Source of the DNA: Paragordius varius
Lineage: Eukaryota > Animalia > Nematomorpha
Assembly (NCBI GenBank): GCA_964247055.1
Contig: OZ176055.1
Span: 6,138,001-6,202,000, forward strand
Direction: 5' to 3'
Length of the DNA: 64,000 nucleotides
The translations under genes and the position numbers were made by a program. Of the stretch, positions 50,144-64,000 are shown piece by piece. The notes under the pieces are model-generated. The model saw nothing but the letters and a program-made list of their open reading frames with translations, ran no database searches and had not been told where the DNA came from. Positions within the stretch are counted from its first letter, which is position 1. Every line of letters begins with the position of its first letter.

Positions 50144-53100
50144 ATGCAAAAATTAAAATCTTATTTCACGAAAAAAGACGAGGTAAATTATCATGTTTAT
50201 CTAATATTAAGCCATTAATCAAAAATAAGAATTTGAATGAGAATAAGGATCGAGAAACATGGAATAATCATTTGGAATTTATTTTGGCTTGTATTGGATA
50301 CTCGGTTGGCTTAGGAAATGTATGGCGATTTCCCACCGTTTGTTACGAAAACGGAGGAGGTATAATTTTATCTGCCTTACTAAACACGTTTCTGCCTTGC
50401 GATTTAAAATTTTGTTTTTATATATTAATTTAATTAGGAGCCTTCCTTATTCCTTATTTAATAACCCTAATTTTGATTGGAAAACCTATGTATTTGATGG
50501 AATTGGCTATGGGTCAATTTACGAGACAGGGACCACCCGGGTGTTTTAATTTTGCACCTATTGCCAAAGGTTTAATTTATTGTTCAGATTTTCATGGAAA
50601 AAAAATAATATATTTTTAGACCCGTTTGAATTTTATGTTGCAAAAAAATGTTAAATTCACAATTTTTCGACACAAAATATATATCTAGGGTGTGGTTGGG
50701 GAATGATAATAGTTTCATTAAACGTGGCCATTTATTACAATGTTTTGATGGCCGCAACAGTCCATTATATGTTTGGTGCAATGCAAAAAGAAATGCCATG
50801 GACTCATTGTAACAATGTAAATTTTCAAAAATTTAGATTTTTAATATCAAAATAAATACAGTAAAAATTGAAATTATAAGCAGACAAAATGTAAAAATAA
50901 AAAGTTTTATACTTGGTTTTTTAAAATAAATTTAATAAAGGAATAGAAATGTAAATTGGTAACATTATCAATTTTACATGTTAAAATTTAAATAATTAGT
51001 TTATGTCGAAAAAATCAAGGTTTGAAAAATTATGGCTCTCTTCTTAATGTTTTTACATTTTGTTTGTATATTTAAATTTTTACAGTAATAACTATAATTT
51101 GAAGTTAAAGTATTGGATAATGTTTGATATATATTCTCTTATAAATGATTTCAACATATCTTCAAAAAATAGGGTTTCAATAGTCCACAATGTCAACCAT
51201 TTAATTATACCTCCACTGAAACAAAAAGATTGCCGAATTCAACGTTTCCAACCCAGGAATATTGGGAGTGATTTCTAAAATCTATTATTTTAATTCAATT
51301 TAATCTTCATTATATGTTGGCTTAAATAATAAAATTAATATCTAGACGGAAAGTAACTAGAATATATGAGTCTACTGGGATCGGAAACCTGGGAAAATTA
51401 AATGTGGAATTTAGCCTTTGCCTACTCTTTTCTTGGTTGATTGTATTTGCCATAGTGTTCAAGGGTGTCAAATCAACTGGGAAAGTAATTAAAATTTTTA
51501 TGCAAACATTTGTAAATGCAAAAATTTTATTATATACATTTCAACTTTATGAATAACGAATATGATGTTTAAGGGTATTCTGAATATTAACATTGTTATC
51601 AATCTATTCATTTGCATCAATTTTTTTCAGTTTATCCCGCCCAAATTTTTTAAATGTATTTGTGTAAAATATTATGTTTTTTAGAACCAATGTTAAAGAT
51701 ATATATCTAATATAAATCTGAAAAGATGACACCCCTGTTTTAGGTGATAATCAATTACCCTAAAAAACTTATATATAGTTATAACATATTAAAATTATGA
51801 AATAACACAATGTTTTCCAGCACAAATGCCTTCGCGGGCCGCATATTTGGATAAAAAATCGGACAGGCCGCATTCACAAAATGGGCATTAACTAATATTT
51901 TATTAGATTATAAATTTAAGACTGTAAAAACTACTATTTATTTAAACAATTTTTGCTAGTTCATTGCCCAAAATAGGATAACCTATTGAGAAAATTTGTT
52001 AAAGAAGATCATTTTTACTTAGGTTTCGTAAAATTTTGTATGTGAAATTTCTTACGGGCTATAGAAAAATATTTCGGAGGGTCGCGTGTTGGACATCCCT
52101 CAAATAAAGATCCTATATAATGAAAAGTACATTTTTTTACATTTTATATAATATTTATATGTACAAGGTTGTGTATGCAACGGCTACCCTGCCCTACGTA
52201 TTGCTCATCTTACTTTTGATCAAAGGGTTAACATTAAAGGGATCTCAAACTGGAATCTATTACTTTATTAAACCACATTTCAAAAAGATCCTGAATCCAA
52301 CAGTATCCTTCTAATATTTTACAGTGAAATAAAATATATCTAGATCTCGAAGGCCGTTCAAAAAATCTCGAAGCCGTTCAAAAATATATGTACAACATAA
52401 AACATTTTATTTGATTTTAAGCACAACTGTCAAAAATAGATTGTGCCAATCAAAATTTTTTTTCAGCTATCGTTGCCAGTTAATTGCCATATGGAATGAC
52501 TTGTATAGAAAACTTGTTGATAAATCAATTTTAATAAGATTTTAAGATTAATTTCGCAACTTATGGAATTTTATATTTATTTGGTACTTTCTCAAAATTT
52601 CCTTACGATCCCGATAGTTAAGATCGCCGCATGTTAGATAACCCCCTGTTTTCGATGAAAAAGTTTTGTTCATATTTTCAATTTTTTTACGTTTAGGTTT
52701 GGCAAAGGGCTGTCGGTCAAATGTTTTTTTCGTTGAGCGTAAGCTTTGGGGGTATCATGACTTACGCTAGTTTTATATCCTTCAATAATAATTGCTATCG
52801 TGACACGTTCATTGTTACAGTGTTGGACACTTTTACGAGTCTCGTGGCGGGATTTGTTATATTTTCCGTTTTGGGTTACATGGCACATTTGAAGCAATCC
52901 ACAATCGATACGGTGATCAGTAGTGGTATCTTTTTACCCTAATTTGATATATATACTTTTATTTTTAATTATTCCCTTTATCACAATATAATTAAAACAT
53001 TTATAAGATTATTGTCATAATTATGCTGATTCAGATTTCGGCATGGTCGGTCATATGCATAAACTATTGATGAATACTTTTATTATTTTTTAGGCGAAAA

Positions 53101-56100
53101 TAATCAGATCATCAGACTGTAAAGAATAAAGTAATAACTGTTTCTAATCTAAGTTTAATTGTAGTCTTTAAACCATTTTAAAATCCCACTAGGTTTGTTT
53201 TATTATATTTTAAGTTTTGTTTGATTAATATATAAAATAGGGTTACATTTCCCATTCGGCCGCGTATACAAAATATCTAATATTTCTAAATATTCCCTGA
53301 TTTTAAACTTCGCATGATATTATTTGCAAAATGAAAGGATATATATATCATTTCCCAGTCAAAAAACGTTTTCCCAGTCAATCGAAACATTTTCCCAGAC
53401 GACAAAACTTTTCCCCCTATCGAAACGTTTTAGACATTTTCCCAGTCAATAAAAACGGTTTTATTTTTGATGATAAATAAAACAAGATATAATAATAACT
53501 TTTAACCATTATTAGCGTAAATCTAGCATATTTTTTTTATATAAAGACAATTATTGAATGACAATTTTACCTATATGTTCCAATGCACAATCATTAATGA
53601 CCTACTCTATAAAAGTTAAATTTAATAACTGGACGTGTATTTTATGGAATTTGTATTTTTAGAAATTAATATTTTTTTTGTTATTTTATCAATGGTTCGC
53701 ATTATTATTCGGACTTTTAAAATCTAGAGTTACGCATGAAATATTAAATTTATGAAAATATACTTATCTCAAATTGGTCATTTATCACTTCAAAATGGAT
53801 ATCAAAAATCTGCAATCAACTTTACCCTAATTTATGTAATATATTTATCTTTTAGTTCAGGGGTGGCTAACATGCGGCTCTCCGAGATTTTTTGTGCCGC
53901 CCTCAAAAATTTTAAAAAATCTCCTAATTAAAAATATACCCACAACTTTGTAAAATTAATGTTTCTTACGCAATTTTTTTGAATGAATCTATTTGGCAAC
54001 GAACATAAAACGTTTAATTTTACAGTCTTATTTCTAAAATATATGAATGTCCATATATATTTCGAATACGACCTTTTGAATTGAAAATGCCGCTCGCGAA
54101 GCCATTTGTGTTGGACACCCCTGTTTTAGTCAAATAAACTTTTTTATTAAATATTTATCAAAAACATTTTTATCCAAAAAATATTTTTTAGATATTTTTT
54201 CCCAACACTATTTTTATCGACAAACCTGACATGAAACCAATTTGCATATATTTTTATAAATTTTATTATTTCATCCGTAACCATATATTTAATTAGTTAG
54301 ATCCGAATATGATTGGAAACCATCAATAAAATAAAAAAAATATAAATTTTATCTTAAAAATATCTCAAATTCCATAAAATACTCATCCAGTTAATAAAAT
54401 ATAACTTTTAAAGAATAACTCATTAATGATTGTGCATTGGAACATATAGGAAAAATTGTCATTCAATAAATGTTTTTTCTAAAATTTACTAATATTACGC
54501 TGATAATGGTTAAAAGTTATTTTTATATCTTATTTTGATATTTATCATAAACAGTGAAACCGTTTTTATTGTCTGAGAAAAAGTTTCGATTGACTAGGCA
54601 AACGTTTGTTGACTGGGAAATGGTATATACCGAAGTAGCCAATTTTAAAATCTCTAAAAAGTATATTAAAAATATATATATATTTAAATAATTTCTCATA
54701 ATTATCATTTAATTGAACAAACCAATGCGCATAAAATGCTATATGTAATTTAACTCTTTACACTTTCTATAATTGTTACAACAATTACGAAGGGCCTGGT
54801 CTTGCTTTTATCGTATATCCCGAAGCCCTATCCCATATACCATGGGCCAATATGTGGAGTGTCCTGTTTTTCTTTATGCTTTGGACACTTGGGATTGATA
54901 GTCAGATTGCTTTTATTGAAACGGTTCAAACGGCACTGCATGATCAATTTCCGCAAACGTTTCCGCGTTCACGCAAAACCCTAATATGTGCTAGCCTCTG
55001 TATATTTGGGTTTTTAGCTGGGTTACCTTGTGTCACACGGGTTCGATTTATATATATTTATGAATTTATACGAAGAGCTATCTTTAACAAAAATAAGCCT
55101 TTTTTATTTTTATAGGGTGGGATGTATGTGCTAGATATAATGGATCACTATGGTTCTAATGTCTGCATGATTTTCATTGCTATCTTTGAACTCATTTCCA
55201 TTTCATGGATTTATGGTAACGAAATGTGAATATACGTTTTCTATATAATAGTATCATATAGGTTAATTTTATGCATACCATCAAAATTTATAATTTCATC
55301 CAGTATAAATCTAAAATAAAGATTTAAATATTAAATACCTTTTTGACGTAATCAGGGCTTCAAACCGGCCCTAAAAAGTTGAACAGAAACCGAGGTTGTT
55401 CCCGGACGGTATGGAACCGGTCTAGTTTTTAAGAATTTGAAAATAAAACTGTGATAGTTACCGGAAAAGTGGTTCTCAAACAAGGGTTTCAATCTAGCGG
55501 AACCTGTTCCTAATAAAATTTCAGGTGCCGTGTTTTGGTTCGAAGCCTTGTATAAATTTTTTTTTTACAAAAATCATTGTGTTTTATCCAAAAAATGCCT
55601 TATGTCTATTATCTAGGATATCAACGATTTACAGATGATATTTCATACATGTTGGGATACAAACTTCCCCAGGCTAAACTATGGCAATTTTCATGGGCCA
55701 TATTTGCCCCTATTGCCCTTATAGTAATCTTAACAATATTTTTTAAACAGGGAAACTAATAATTAAATTATAACAAAATTATATTTCCAATTATCATTTT
55801 TATGTTAAAACTGATTATATAAACTATAGTTTCTAACGCTAATTAACGTATGGTAAGGCACCTCGATAAATAACCATATTACAGCGGTTCTTTTTTTCCG
55901 TTAAATCGTGAGGTTATCTGGCCCTTATGTGATTGGATTTTAGTTTTGATTATAAAATTTTAATTGTTTAATAAACTTTTTTAGATAATCTGTATATCTT
56001 ACTTTATCCAAAGCGTTTTCTTTGATCAAAGATTTCGTTCAGGCTCCTACATTTTCCCAGTTTGGGCGCAATTTATTGGTTATTGTCTGTTTTTAGCCGT

Positions 56101-56392
56101 AGTCTTGCAAGTCCCAATCTGGGCCTGCATAAGAATCTACAAAACCAAGAATGATGAATCTTTCAAAAAAGTTTTACTTTTAATTTCGTTAATTACTTAA
56201 TTTTAACAAAATATAATGAATTAACGGTAAAACGGGTATACATTGTAATCATATACTTTTTAATAGAAATTGATGAATGCCCTTAAACCAAGCAAATCAT
56301 TCGAAAAAATCCGTCCGGTACCACAATATAGTATTGATGGTTTTACCAGTCCTTTTTCTCAAGTAGCCAGCCTTTCATCGTCGTCAAATTAG
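50144..56392 (+). CDS. SLC6 / neurotransmitter:sodium symporter family transporter (amino-acid type likely). Exons 50144-50182, 50212-50359, 50438-50569, 50689-50816, 51173-51267, 51346-51484, 52168-52302, 52697-52925, 54793-55040, 55116-55215, 55617-55723, 55985-56170, 56267-56392.
   Basis: [84 protein letters not shown] and GGMYVL. All phases close. The subfamily is not resolved. Confidence 0.96.
53361..53452 (+). repeat. Short degenerate minisatellite built on TTTCCCAGTCAA
   Basis: The motif recurs about four times at roughly 20-bp spacing. Confidence 0.6.
53494..54521. mobile_element. TIR element (about 120-bp arms) in an SLC6 intron with a nested hAT MITE (53858-54123)
   Basis: AATAACTTTTAACCATTATTAGCGT...TGCACAATCATTAATGA is mirrored by TCATTAATGATTGTGCA...ACGCTGATAATGGTTAAAAGTTATT. 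Confidence 0.7.
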
Positions 56393-57494
56393 ATTGCAAA
56401 AATTGATTTGAAAAATATTATAACAGAAACGCATATTAATTATGATTCATATTAATGTTATTTCACTGTGTATATTTAGTAACCAGCAAAATAAATAATA
56501 ATCCCTGACTGATATAACAAAAGCCAAATGGCAAATTGATATGTATCTACGAAATAATTTCGTGGGTCAGTATTTTAAGCATTAGATAAACCATTTATGT
56601 TATTGGACTGGCAATAAAATTACTGAACATACATAAAAATGCACACTGTAATACACATAAGTAATTCTTTATCTTCCATGAAAAAATATTAAGGTTCGAA
56701 CTGTTATACAGAAACTTTGACATTTACAATAATTATAAATGGCAAATAGCTTGCATTAAAATAAGCTATTATAAATATGGCATAATTTTTTATGTCTGTC
56801 AGTAATTTAGAGGCAAATCAAACGTTAGCATAAAAATAAACTAAAATGTAGGCGGGTTAAATTACGGCACAAATGCATAGCTGAATTCACAAGCAAACAA
56901 ATTTAACTTGATATGGTTATTCAACAACCTCATTATGTATTGTGTTAATTATTATTTTCGTAAATACTTTTAGGTTTTATCAGGATTCATCTTAACAACA
57001 ATTATAAATTTTATGTGTTATCATTGATCTTATTTTAGAATTTTTTAGCTGTTCAATGAAAAGCCCAAACATGATGATTTTAAAAAAAATAGCCTTTGTT
57101 ACATTATCACACATATTTCAGAAGACTTGATAGAAAGGAGCGTTTACGATCTTTTAATTTCCTTTAAAGTTCTAAATGCACTAAAAGTTTGACAATTAGA
57201 TGGAATATTCTCACGTATTTAGTTATTTTGTTTAATGATATATTAATAACAAATCTCTTTTTGGAAAATAGTAGGCAATTGATTACACGAGCAAAAATAA
57301 TGGCAGAATTGGATTTTTTGAAATAAACAAAATTATGGCCGTTTAACAATATTTTGCACATTATTTTTTATATTTTATGGCTTAGAATGTATAATAAGTT
57401 CATTTTCAAATATTCTGACCTTATTTTGCTGAACGCATCAATTTCTAGGTTGTTACCTTTTAATAAAAAACAACACTATTGTATTTTTTTAACT

Positions 57495-60400
57495 ATGAAT
57501 TTTTTTATAATTTTTGTAAGTTTTATCGTTACAACTGTGGGCTTGGTGACTTGTGGAGAACATGCTTATCTGTGTTATATGAACGAACCTGTATTAAATG
57601 ATAAGGATCAACGCGGATTTGAGGAATAGTATATGTTTTGTTTATAAATAAAGTTGAAATATAATTTAAATGGATAAATTACTTTTTCTATGGAAACATA
57701 GGGTGGGCTACACATTTATCCCGTTAGCATTTTAAAAGCAAATGTTAATATAGGTTTCCTAAAAGTATGATTCCGGAGTTCCGTAATTATCCCCTTAATT
57801 GACAAACTTATATTAAAACAGTATGTTAAAATTTAGTACATATTTTTGGAAACTAATACTATAATTAGTATATATATATTAATATATATAATAGTCATAA
57901 GTCTTTATGATTTGGTAAAAAAATGTAAATTATTTATTTTATTCAAAATTGTCCGTCGGCTCTCATATTTCGCCCATCTTTTAGCTGAAAAAATTGATTA
58001 TTTTTTGAGACAAACCATAATTTAAGCCATTTTTAAGTCATTGAATCTATTAGAATCCTGCTCTGTGAGCGTGTGCCCCATTGATGCGAGTCAGTAGAGT
58101 ACAGCAAAACAACTTCTTATTGAGGCGGTTATAAAATATCTTTTGGTTTTATTGTATTAGAAGATCATATATATGATATATCTTTATATATTAAAGGTTT
58201 CACCAGGCTGAACTAGCTCATAATAACAATATCACACTGGTCATAACAGAGATAATTTTCTTGAATTTGCTTTTAGTGAGGACCGGCGTGGCAAGGTAAA
58301 AGCCACATTTTTTTTGCTCTGATTCCGCAAAATTAATTTTCTCATCACCGGTCACAATTTGATGCAAACATGATTTTTTTTGTGAGATTAAAGCAATATT
58401 TTACAAGTCACTTGGCAATTTTTGATTTTAGGGTCATTCAAATTGTGTTTAACCTATTTATCTAGTTTGTTGGTCTTTCCCTTGTTCCTAGGAGTTCACT
58501 GATTGTTTTTTGTTATACATGCAATTCTGCCAATTGTTGAGTTTAAATTGTTGCATCTTTCAATAAGTCTTCCCAGTTTGGTGATCGACAATGCCCACTC
58601 TCTTTCATATTTAAATCACAACATAATATTTTCCATTACATGTTTTGATCAATGAACATGTTTACCATATATTTCTACCAGAAAACCGTTTTTGAGTCTT
58701 TTTCATCTGAATAAAAAACGATGCGTGCGATGTTCCTTTTTAGGCACAAAATTCGACAGATTACCGAATAGGAATGCGCTAGTTTTTGGCGGACTTAACT
58801 TGTGTTTTTTTTGACTACTTTAAGCTATTAAAAAAATAGTGTCTGTGTCAAAAATCGTCTGCGTATTATTCGATGATGTTTTTTGTTCATTAAGCTGGTA
58901 ATATATGAAAGAAAATTATAATCAACATTAGCTAATTAGTTTATAGGCGCTGAAAAGGCTCATTAGGAGCGGAGGGGCAGATGGTGGCTATATATTTTAC
59001 ATGTTATGTCAAATAATTCTTTAATTTGAATAATTCAATAATTTATAGTGCGGGGATGCACGTGCCCAAGTTCAATCTCACACGTTATGAAAATCAAATT
59101 ATAGTGAAACTACCTCAAACCATATATTTATACCAAAACAATAGTTATGTTTATTCCCTCACGCATGAATACTACAATTTGTTTACCAAGATTTATTATT
59201 ATTTTCAATCAGCGGTTAATTTTTATGTCAATAATTTATTAATTAATTGTTATCCCAAATAATTTTCGAATTATCAAGTTCAAGTAGTTTGTTGGAGAAA
59301 TTTATTAGTAATTTATTCAGGGGCATTAATTTATCACACTATTTATTTTGGGGTAGTTTTGTGTCCCAAAGCGATTTAAAATCGAGTAACTTAAATTAAA
59401 TATTAAACCAATTTCAATAATTCTTTTTTAGGCGCATGAATTATTTTTTAAAAAAATGTATAATTTAAAAACTGCATCTGCTTTTTCGCCATTTTTTTAA
59501 CCTTGGATTTAATTTAAATCGCATGATGGCTAAATAAAATAATTAACTAGAGTAAGCTTACAATCAAGTTTTGGCACCCATGATATACTAATTTTATATG
59601 TGGGTTTCAACCGGGTTCTATCTCGATTTCGGACTCTTGATTAGAAAACTGTTAAAACATAAGTTTACTTAAAATAAAAAGGTAGTCCAGTGTTAAAATC
59701 ATTTGTAATCCCAATAGTTTAACAAAATTGTTATATTTAACTTATTATGAAAATATTTCACAACAGTATTACATAGAAATCAATGAATCAACGACTTTTA
59801 AAAACATAATTGTGCGAAATGTAAGATCAAAATATAAATATGGTTCTATATTTCAACACGATGATATTGATTTTACAAGACTGATTCCACCCAAACCCGT
59901 CATTGATCAATCAGTTCAACGAAAATTGGTATTTAATATTTTCCTTTAAAATAAAATATATTTAAATTCTCTAGGGATATCTGTTTCATTCCATAAATCG
60001 GTGATAGAGTAGGGGTTTAACTCATTATAAATACATCTATAAATTAAATAAATTAATGCTCTAAACTGTAACTTTAAAAAAACAAGTCAAAAATTAACCT
60101 GTGTTTATCACGTGATATAATGTAAAATAGCATTTAAGTTAATTAAATAAATTTTTGTATGAATTATTCTCACCCTTTATAATACATAATTTGATCTAAA
60201 CTATTATTTATGAAATTGAAAATTGTTAATTATGCAATTTGCCATAATCGTGTGGGGTCATTAGACAATCATAGTCAATTTTTTCGATAAGCTCCAGTAT
60301 GTTCATCGGTAAAATTGGCGTTTTCCCGAAATCAGAACCTTGAAGGAATTTTTGTGAAAGCGTACAACAATAAATAATTATTACGCAGCTGGGTATTTCC

Positions 60401-61967
60401 CTTATAAAATCAAATTCTCTACGTCGGCTTTTTAAAAGCCCTTGTATGGAGTTCACCCTATGCACGTACCTCATGGGCTTTTTTTGGAAAACGTGTTCTA
60501 TAAACCTTTTATATTACTTTTACGAACAGTTGTGACCAAGCGTTTCGCAAAACCGATTTAATTATTGTTTTGATTAAGTCAATATAGTGTAGGAATTTTT
60601 ATATTACACCATAGTTATTGCGCTTTAACGAAATCAAAAATCGTAAAAATTATAATGATTTATATATATATACTTGAATGAATTATCGGCCTATATAATA
60701 TATTTAGTTAAAAGTAGAGATTAGTTTATTAGTTAATATCATTATGGACATACGATTTTTGGTTTCAATCAAATATTAAAATTAATATATCTAGCTACCT
60801 AATGCTTACCTGCTACATACGAATTTCAAACGCTTTTTTTGATGAAATAATACAATTTCATCATTCTAAATACTATTATTATAAATATAATCCTATTTTT
60901 TAGGCATTCAAAATAAAATCGAGAATCTATCAACATTATCTTGGCTCCACCGCGTTGTATGATATTTATAACGACAATATTATGGTTTTACGAAAAGATG
61001 CACATTATCGGCCTTTGGAGTATCTGGCAGCAGTTGAATTATATAGAAACCACTCCGAATTCCAAATAAATTCGGAAATACCCAAACTACATGTTGTAAT
61101 CGAAACTTGCCATGATAGAGGTATCGGAAACATTATCAGCAAATATTAAAAACGTGCCAATTTTATTAAAATTAGAGTAATTAAAACTATAAGGAATCAA
61201 AATAAGTACAAGCATATTTGTATATATCATCGTATAGATGGTAGGCTCTAAAAATGAACTAACCGTGACTATAACCGCTTTTCAAAATATTCAGTTAAAA
61301 AATTTGCACATATGTTTGCGCGGCTGTATAAAAATTTATAAAAACTGTTTAGAAATTAAATTATTCCAAAATATTGTGATTAAAAACACTACTATCAACT
61401 ATTAAACTAAAATTGATTTGTTTGTTCTTGCTATATATTATCGTCTTAATTGCTACCGTAAACTGCATTTATAATGATTTGACCGGTTTTTTGGCCGGTT
61501 TAAACCCAACCATTATTATAATATATGCTTATTAAATGCAAAATTAATATTTTTTATTTTTTAGACACATTTCCAACCAGCTCATTGTTTGGCTACCGTA
61601 TATTATTTTTATATTTAGTTTAAAAATAATATAATCTCGTAAAAATAATATATATAAGCAATCGAAAACTTTTCAGAATACAAGATCTTACAAAAAATTT
61701 TCACAAAAAACGGGTCCACAAAAACACAAATGTATAATTATGTCTTTTTATAATTTGTTTAAATATTGGTTTATTAATATGATTAAATAATGAAATGACT
61801 TTTTCGATTATTCAATATAAAACACTTAAGGATCTTTATTAAATTGAAATATTTTATTCATTTTCGTTTTTTGTGTTTCTCACATAAAAAGTCCCAAAAA
61901 TTATTTTTCTAAAAGTGAAAATGATCAAATTTACTGTCTTACACAAAACAGACTAAAAACATCTGAC

Positions 61968-62014
<47 letters not shown>

Positions 62015-62635
62015 TTTATGTTCTGGAACATATCATTCATGGTGCTTTTGTTTTGTTTTATGAGACATTTTAAAAATATCTACATCTATTTAGGATAACT
62101 GCTCCATAACGAAAAATTGCAAAATCTAATAAAAAAATTCTCAAAAAATATCCAATTAAGCTAATTTGTTTGTATCAATACTGTATATTGAAAATCAAAA
62201 CAGGTGTTGTTATATTTAATGTTCATATTCACTTAAAAAATTTAAAGTTTCGCGTGTCTTGAAACTAGTGTTAAATATTAATTGTGTTTTTAGTTTTCAA
62301 AAGTAACCAAAATTTGAAGAAAAACGATACTTTTAATCAAATTGTAAAGATAATAATCTTGGATAGGATAAAATGTTGTACAAGTGTTATCCCATTTCCG
62401 GGCATGCTAAATTAACATAAGTTTTTTTGATGTCATAATCTACCATTTAAAAAATTATATAGAGCTTTCTCACATTTTTATTGCTCGGACAGATCTAAAA
62501 TTAAAATATGACAATGAATTTGGCTGTTTAAATACACTTTATGATATTTATTTGCTTTGTTTTTGCTTCTACCAAAGATTTAATATTATGTACCCTATTT
62601 TAGCAGCTTTCAATTTGGAGCAATTACGACAATAA
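57495..62635 (+). CDS. Putative orphan secreted protein; exon structure only partly resolved (57495-57628, from 59049, about 59690-59930, 60903-61119, 61565-61597, 62604-62635)
   Basis: Signal-like MNFFIIFVSFIVTTVGLVTC. The phase-2 junction EY|AGMHVPKFNLTRYENQIIVKLP closes. Further open exon-like blocks include QQYYIEINESTTFKNIIV and AFKIKSRIYQHYLGSTALYDIY...ETCHDR. No family recognised. Confidence 0.5.
57930..58870 (-). pseudogene. Decayed mariner (Mos1-like) transposase remnant in intron 1 of the orphan gene
   Basis: Broken reading TQQLAELHV*QKTISELL, CLHQIVTGDEK (cf. FLHRIVTGDEKW), YYELVQPGET (cf. YYELLKPGETV) and C-terminal ADGQF. Confidence 0.8.
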
Positions 62636-63607
62636 TGTTAATAAATTTCTTAAATGACTCTCGTAAGCCCCCAGAACCATACGTGGAATTTCTATCATAT
62701 TATATATATTTCAGGATATAGTTTTATGTACAGTAAAAATTTATGTGAACAAAAAGTAAAAATATAAAATGACATTTTTTTTTCAAAAGACAACCATAAT
62801 TTTCAAATCTTGATTTTTTAAATATAAACCATTTTTTATATGCAAATTATGAAATCATTGGTAACGTAATTATATATTTTACAATTGTGATTAAATAGTT
62901 TATGAGTTAAGGTTTTAGAAGGCATGGTTGTTTGAAAAAAATAATTATTTTTATGTCTTTGCGATTTGTCCGCATAACTTCAATTTTTACTGTATCTTCT
63001 TATATTGAGTTCTTAAATTAGGCGAAAAAATATATAACAAATTTAAAATTAATATCTTAGTACAAATTAATTTTAATAAGTATTATATACACTGTGTGAA
63101 AAAAGAAGGTCATTTTGATTTGCCGAAATTTTTTTTTCATGAGATAGCATATGACCAATGAATTCATTTGCCGCAAAAATTATTATTTGTTGATAACCTA
63201 GTTTTTTAAATATTGCGAGAAAATCGAAATCGGGCTAAAAGTGAAAATTAAGGATAATTAAGGATATTTCAAAAAATAATGCTAAAATTTGAGATATTAT
63301 GGTTTATTATCATTTCAGGATATATTTTCAATATATAAATAGCCAAAATCATATAGTTAGGGTATAAAATTTCAGCTTAAAAAATGGCGTTTTTCTTTTA
63401 ACACACTCACAGACAAAATTTTTTTTAGGAAACTATATTAAATTTTTTTTAATTGTTTACTAGCTAAACACACTGTTAAAATATTAACATCCATATTTTA
63501 TTCAGTAAAAAATTTATATATCAAAATAAAGCCAAATATTTTTTTTATTTTTTAAGTGTATAAAAAATTTATACTGTTTGATTTTAGAATTTTACAGGAG
63601 TGCGAAT

Positions 63608-63785
63608 TATAATGTATGTAATTTATTCAAAATAGGATTTAAAATTAGTGGAATATGAACCAACGATCCGTACAAATCACAACAAATATTATTTTGTAAT
63701 AAAACAGATTTGTTACAGGATTTGTAAGGATTGTTGGTTGATATTCCACTACTTTTAAATCCTATTTTGCATAATTATATAATTA
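63608..63785. repeat. Inverted repeat / MITE-like hairpin
   Basis: AAAATAGGATTTAAAATTAGTGGAATATGAACCAACGATCCGTACAAATC pairs imperfectly with GATTTGTAAGGATTGTTGGTTGATATTCCACTACTTTTAAATCCTATTTT. Confidence 0.7.
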
Positions 63786-64000
63786 ATATTTTCCACTTAT
63801 GTAAGAATCCAAAATAAAACAGTATAAATATTTTATACACTCATAAACCAGATGACAAAAAAATGCAAAAATAAAATACAATATTTTTGGTTTTATTTTG
63901 ATATATAATTATTTTTTACTGAATAAAATATGAAAGTTAGATTTTAAAAGTGAGTTTAGGTAGTAAATAATTAATAAAAATTATTTTATAGTTTCATTAA

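Noticed and set aside
55724-55750. Apparent 27-nt intron in the SLC6 gene
   Set aside because: Splicing it leads straight to a stop; the acceptor at 55984 gives the expected last TM segments.

Overview
AT-rich, intron-containing animal (metazoan) genomic DNA; nothing here looks prokaryotic. I assembled gene models by hand from GT-AG junctions and frame continuity. They are: CLUH/clueless (minus, running off the left edge), a secreted protein with four antistasin-type repeats (minus), JADE/PHF17-type PHD scaffold (minus) head-to-head with DEK (plus), an intronless DIM1/TXNL4A (minus), a 13-exon SLC6 transporter (plus) and an orphan secreted protein (plus). Two features stand out. (1) Three conserved genes have ultra-short GT-AG introns of 22, 23, 24, 25, 27, 29 and 30 nt, while CLUH has an intron of about 13.35 kb. 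(2) That large intron holds a 10.8-kb Helitron-bounded array (A|TC...hairpin-CTAG|T). It has nine ~1056-bp units that each start with a Helitron 5' end, one terminal 154-bp module carrying the only 3' end, and a nested CACTA element. The rest is transposon debris: a Buster-type hAT with an intact 8-bp TSD, an RTE LINE, a mariner, and several MITE families. The organism is not identified. Compact-intron parasitic invertebrates would fit, but that is inference.
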